Source of the DNA: Takakia lepidozioides
Taxonomy: Eukaryota > Plantae > Bryophyta
Assembly: GCA_030704615.1 (NCBI GenBank)
Contig: JAKLZA010000330.1
Location: 1 to 10,442, forward strand
Direction of reading: 5' to 3'
Length of the DNA: 10,442 nucleotides
Numbering within the stretch: position 1 is the first letter of the stretch; every line of letters starts with the position of its first letter. The notes beneath the pieces are model-generated. The model was given only the letters and a program-made list of their open reading frames with translations, was not told the DNA's origin and searched no databases. The position numbers and the translations under genes are program-made. This document shows, one piece after another, positions 6,801 to 10,442 of the stretch.

Positions 6801-7510
6801 TCTGGTAGTGGCAGGTTGGCCCTGCCAAGGGCATTCATCAGCCGGGCATGGCAATGGATTGCGAGACTCGAGGTCGGGTCTGTTTTGGGAGATGGTGCGG
6901 GTTTTGCGCCACTTGCAGCTTCATCAAGCTGTATCTCCAGCATACATCTTGGAGAATGTGCCACTGATGGGCGATTCTCGGGCCAGGGTGATGGCCAGTG
7001 TGCATCAAGTCCGGTCGTGGCTTGGGTCAGCAGTGTTGCTAGATGCAGCTACAGTGGGGTCACGGGCTCATCGTCCACGGCTATGGTGGACTAACATGAT
7101 GCCACCCGCACTGCTCAAGCGTGCATTTGATGGGGTGCAGCGGCCAGCACATCTCACAGTGGATAACATTCTGGACACAGGAGGCAGTCTCAACGTGTGA
7201 GACACGATGACCGTTCGCCTTTGGCAGTGGTCAACAAGGTGGGTCAACCACGAGCAGCATTACCTACACTGCTCAGCTTCCCAGGATCGCATGCTTTCCG
7301 GGATAGTGGACCTGGCCTCCTGTGGGATGCTCAGTTGCAGCAGTTAGTGGAGCCTAATGCTGACGAGCGTGAGCGGGCAATGGGTTTTACCACTGGTACC
7401 ACGGCGGTGTCGTCTCTTTCTGAGGCATCACGTCGTCAAGTGTTGGGGCAAGCAATGGATCTCAATTGCTTGACCTGGATTATCAGCTTGGCTCTAGCTG
7501 AGCAACGCAG
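6543..7510 (+). pseudogene. DNMT3-like C5-cytosine DNA methyltransferase domain within the polyprotein; two frameshifts in this copy
   Basis: Catalytic motifs occur in canonical order: I LDLFGGISTG (6555-6584), II YLYVERD, IV IDLVVAGWPCQGHS (PC at 6820-6825), SGLFWE, VI YILENV (ENV 6952-6960), VIII AHRPRLWWTN (7066-7095), IX ERERAMGF (from 7365), X RRQVLGQAMD (~7431-7460). The domain is spread over three reading segments: to ~6725, 6727-7181, and from 7182. Confidence 0.92.
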
Positions 7511-7787
7511 AGTGCGGAATACACTTCCCTCAATGGTCTCTCTGCCTACCGAGACGGTACAGGCAGTGAGTGGGGGCGAGCATATGAGGACCACGGGGTG
7601 CATGCATCCATGGCACACGTGGGAGGTGCTCGAGGTTCAGAGGGAGTTGGCAGCCAAGGCGGCTGTGATGGATGAGGTTGGGGATTCTTCTCGAGTTGAG
7701 GAGGTCCTCAAGGATGAGATGATGGGGCAGGATGATGCCTTGTCATTGACTGAGCAGGTAGGGAGTACTGCTCAAGAGGTTGCAGCA

Positions 7788-7796
7788 TAGCAACCA
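7788..7796 (+). promoter_or_regulatory. Candidate programmed stop-codon readthrough signal TAG-CAA-CCA (UAG CARYYA)
   Basis: A single in-frame TAG lies in the linker between DNMT and RT. The next six bases match the established TMV-type CARYYA leaky-stop consensus. The alternative is a CAG>TAG nonsense mutation. Confidence 0.4.
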
Positions 7797-10442
7797 CGGG
7801 ACGCGTCCTCTACCTCTAAGCCCACTGGACTTAAGGTTGTAGTTACGGAGGACAATTGGGAGCCTGACATTGGACCCATTGTCACCGGAGGAGAGAGACG
7901 ACGTATACGGCGGTTCCTGAGGGCTTACAGGAATTGCTTTGCCTTCAGTTTGAAGGACTTGGGAGCACTGAAGGGTCAAGAGATCCGTATTGAGTTGGCC
8001 ACTGACACGCCAATCTTTCGGAGACCCTATAGATACAGTGACATGGAGAGGTCTTTGATTCAGATGAGGACTCAAGATCTCTGGGAGGCAGGTTTGGTGG
8101 AGCTCTCTGGTGGAGAGTATGCTTCAGCCACAGTGATGCCAGCCAAGAAGGATGTCTATGGCAATTGGACGGAGAGACGTATGTGCGGTGATTACCGGCC
8201 TGTAAATCGTCAGACCAAGTCCGATAAGTATGCCATGCCAACACCAGAGGAGATCTTTGATGCCATCGGGCATGCTAAGGCCTTTAGCACTTTGGATTTA
8301 CGATCCGGATATCACCAGTTGCCAATCAAGGAGGCGGACAAGCAGAAGACGGCATTCTGGGGGATCAATGAGCACGGCAAGGATTGCCTATATCAGTGGC
8401 GGTTCTTACCATTTGGGCTTAAGAATGCTCCTGCAGAGTTTCAGAGAGTCATGGATAGGATTCTAGCAGGGGTGGACTTTGCTCGGTGCTACATAGATGA
8501 CATCATCATCTTTAGTGTTACGATGGAGGAGCATGAGAGACACCTTCAGGTGGTATTGGAGCGCTTGAGAGCGCACGGATTGAAGTTGCATCCGGGGAAG
8601 TGCAAGTTTTTCCACAACCAGATTGAGTATCTGGGTCACATGATATATCCTGGAGGATTGGGGGTACAGCAGACTAAGGTAGAGGCCATTGCACAAATTC
8701 CACGCCCCACGGATGTGAGCCGAGTTCGAGCTTTCATGGGGTTGGCAAACTATTATAGACGGTTTGTCAAGGGATTTAGTACCATTGCAAAGGCTCTAAC
8801 CAAGCTGACCAAGGTGGACCAGGAGTGGCAGTGGGAAGATGAGCAGGAACGAGCTTTTCAAGAGCTCAAGGCGAGGTTGACCTCGGCGCCTATCTTGAGA
8901 CGACCTATCAGGGGGCGTCCCTTTCAGCTGCATACGGATTGGAGCATGCTGGGGCTTGGAGCGGTGCTCACACAGGTGGATGATGAGGGAAGAGAGTTCG
9001 TAGTGGCTTACGCTAGCCGCTCGAACAACGCTGCAGAGGCTAAGTACAGCTCATATGAGGGAGAGTGCTTAGCTGCAGTGTGGGCCGTGGCACACTTCAG
9101 GTGCTATCTATACGGCAATCTTTTCACCCTTGTCACGGATCACCAGCCACTCAAGTGGTTGATGGAGTCAGACAAGCTTACAGGGAAGCTTGCACGGTGG
9201 GCACTTATACTCCAGGAGTATGACTTTCAGGTTGTGCATCGACCGGGTTTGGTCAATCGGGATGCGGATGGATTGAGTCGCAATCCATGCATGAGCCAGC
9301 AGGATGACACTGGAGCTCGGTGGCATGGTGAGACGGACGAGGAGATGGTGCCGGGATGGCACGCATCTGCATTTTTGTGTATCTTGGCATCGGGAGGTCA
9401 GATTGGACCTACAACAGGGATGACTGTAGACGGAGTGTCTGAGGACCCTGAGGCTAGTGATGAGCTAGGTGGTGCCAGAGATATACATGAGGATTCGGCT
9501 GTGTTGGACTACCTCCGCACGGGAGACACGGCAGCCATTGTGACTGCCAGGGAGAGGGATCGGATCCTGCAACGAGCCAAGAGGTTCAAGTGGGAGGGGA
9601 TACACCTACTTCGAGTGTGGGAGGATGGTCGGGTGAGGATTGTGCCTCACCCCACACAGCGTGCACGGTTAGTGCGGCATGCCCATGAGGAGTTGGGGCA
9701 TTTTGGAGTGCGACGCACTCACAGTTTACTGCAGGGGCAGTATTGGTGGCGTGGTATGCATACAGAGGTGCAACAGTTTGTGGCTAGGTGCATGGTGTGT
9801 GACAGGGTGCGTGCTTCATTCAACGCCCCTACACCACAGTTGCATCATTTACCAATCATGGGATTAGGCTACAGGTGGAGTCTTGACTTCGCAGGACCGT
9901 TGCCACTGACTATGCGCCACCACAGATATGTGTTGGTGATGGTGGAGCACTTCTCCAAGTGGATTGAGTTGGTTCCATTGCCTGACAAGGCTAGTGAGGG
10001 GGCTGCGTATGCATTCTTGGATCGTGTGCTTAGCCGATTTGGTGCTCCAGCTGAGGTACTCACGGACCAAGGGAGAGAGTTCTTGGGGGAGTTTCAGGCT
10101 TTGTGTGATAAAGCCTTGATAGACCACCGCACCACTTCTCGGGATCATCCTGAGGCCGATGGCTTAGCAGAGAGAGTTGTTCAGACGGTGAAGAGGGGTT
10201 TGCGCAAGTATGGCTTGCAGAAGGGACACCTAGGAGATTGGGATCTTCAGGTTCCTTGGTTAGCCATGGGCTACAGGTTCAGCAAAGCCTCCTTCTCACC
10301 ATATTTCCTTCTCTTTGGCCGAGAGCCGGATTTGCCTGCAGCCATTCGTAGGGACACTGCTCAAGTCCTTAACCTTGACGATCCGGACATGTGGGTACGT
10401 GCATGTGATCAGCGTGCAGAGTTGTTCAAGAAAGTCATGCCC
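7791..10442 (+). CDS. pol: Pol: reverse transcriptase - RNase H - integrase; 884 uninterrupted codons, open at the window end, in frame with the upstream DNMT C-terminal segment across the TAG at 7788-7790
   Basis: Manual translation found no stop. RT: RMCGDYRPVN, FSTLDLRSGYHQ, LPFGLKNAPAEFQR, YIDDII, KCKF, EYLGH. RNase H: FQLHTDWS...GAVL...VAYASR...EGECLAAVWA...TDHQPL...DADGLSR. Integrase: HHCC plus DDE. It is absent from the ORF track, presumably because it has no stop codon inside the window. Confidence 0.95.
7980..8650 (+). other. Reverse transcriptase domain
   Basis: MCGDYR at 8181, LDLRSGYHQ at 8292, catalytic YIDD at 8490-8501. Boundaries are approximate. Confidence 0.95.
8922..9281 (+). 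other. Ty3/Gypsy-type RNase H domain
   Basis: TDWS (Asp 8937-8939), YSSYEGECLA, TDHQPL and DADGLSR supply the D-E-D-D catalytic set. Confidence 0.93.
9684..10442 (+). other. Integrase (HHCC zinc finger + DDE core), C-terminus beyond the window
   Basis: HEELGH (9684-9701), CMVC (9789-9800), WSLDFAGP (Asp 9885), LTDQG (Asp 10065), HPEADGLAER (Glu 10170). There are 34 residues between the second D and the E. Confidence 0.94.

Larger units (their letters stand above)
1..10442 (+). mobile_element. Ty3/Gypsy (Metaviridae) LTR retrotransposon, internal region, carrying a C5 DNA methyltransferase; truncated by the window at the 3' end, 5' boundary uncertain
   Basis: Domain order Gag-PR-(DNMT)-RT-RNaseH-IN, with integrase after RT/RH, is the Ty3/Gypsy order. 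Motifs were read directly from translation. Assignment of 3620-10442 is secure. That 1-3620 is the element's LTR/leader is inference, since no second LTR is available for comparison. Confidence 0.93.

Noticed and set aside
6543-7510. Bacterial restriction-modification methylase, or host DRM/CMT/MET1 gene
   Set aside because: It is fused in frame with Gag-PR and there is no endonuclease partner. The motif order is not permuted as in DRM, and no chromodomain, BAH, PWWP or UBA domains or introns were seen.
3612-10148. Short antisense and alternate-frame ORFs overlapping gag/pol (e.g. 5309-5803, 7743-8075, 9864-10148)
   Set aside because: These are shadow ORFs of a GC-rich coding sequence with no independent motifs. 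The exceptions, 6274-7200 and 7197-7790, are the frameshifted DNMT segments.

Overview
The window is the internal region of a eukaryotic Ty3/Gypsy LTR retrotransposon on the + strand. The host is probably green-plant lineage (inferred), and no complete LTR pair or 3' end is in the window. The polyprotein order is Gag (capsid, two zinc knuckles, RGG tract), aspartic protease, a complete DNMT3-like C5-cytosine DNA methyltransferase, reverse transcriptase, RNase H and integrase. The methyltransferase between protease and RT is the main unusual feature. In this copy it is broken by two frameshifts (~6726, ~7181), while Gag-PR (~1000 codons) and RT-RH-IN (884 codons, open to the window end and missing from the ORF track) are intact. 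One in-frame TAG (7788-7790) separates Gag-PR-DNMT from RT and sits in a UAG-CARYYA leaky-stop context. Upstream of gag is ~3.6 kb of non-coding sequence. It holds a dense stem-loop cluster with alternative pairings (27-374), an older degenerate repeat in a nearly CpG-free stretch (~840-1680), and a ~1.5 kb hierarchical minisatellite (10/51/~194 bp) directly before gag.
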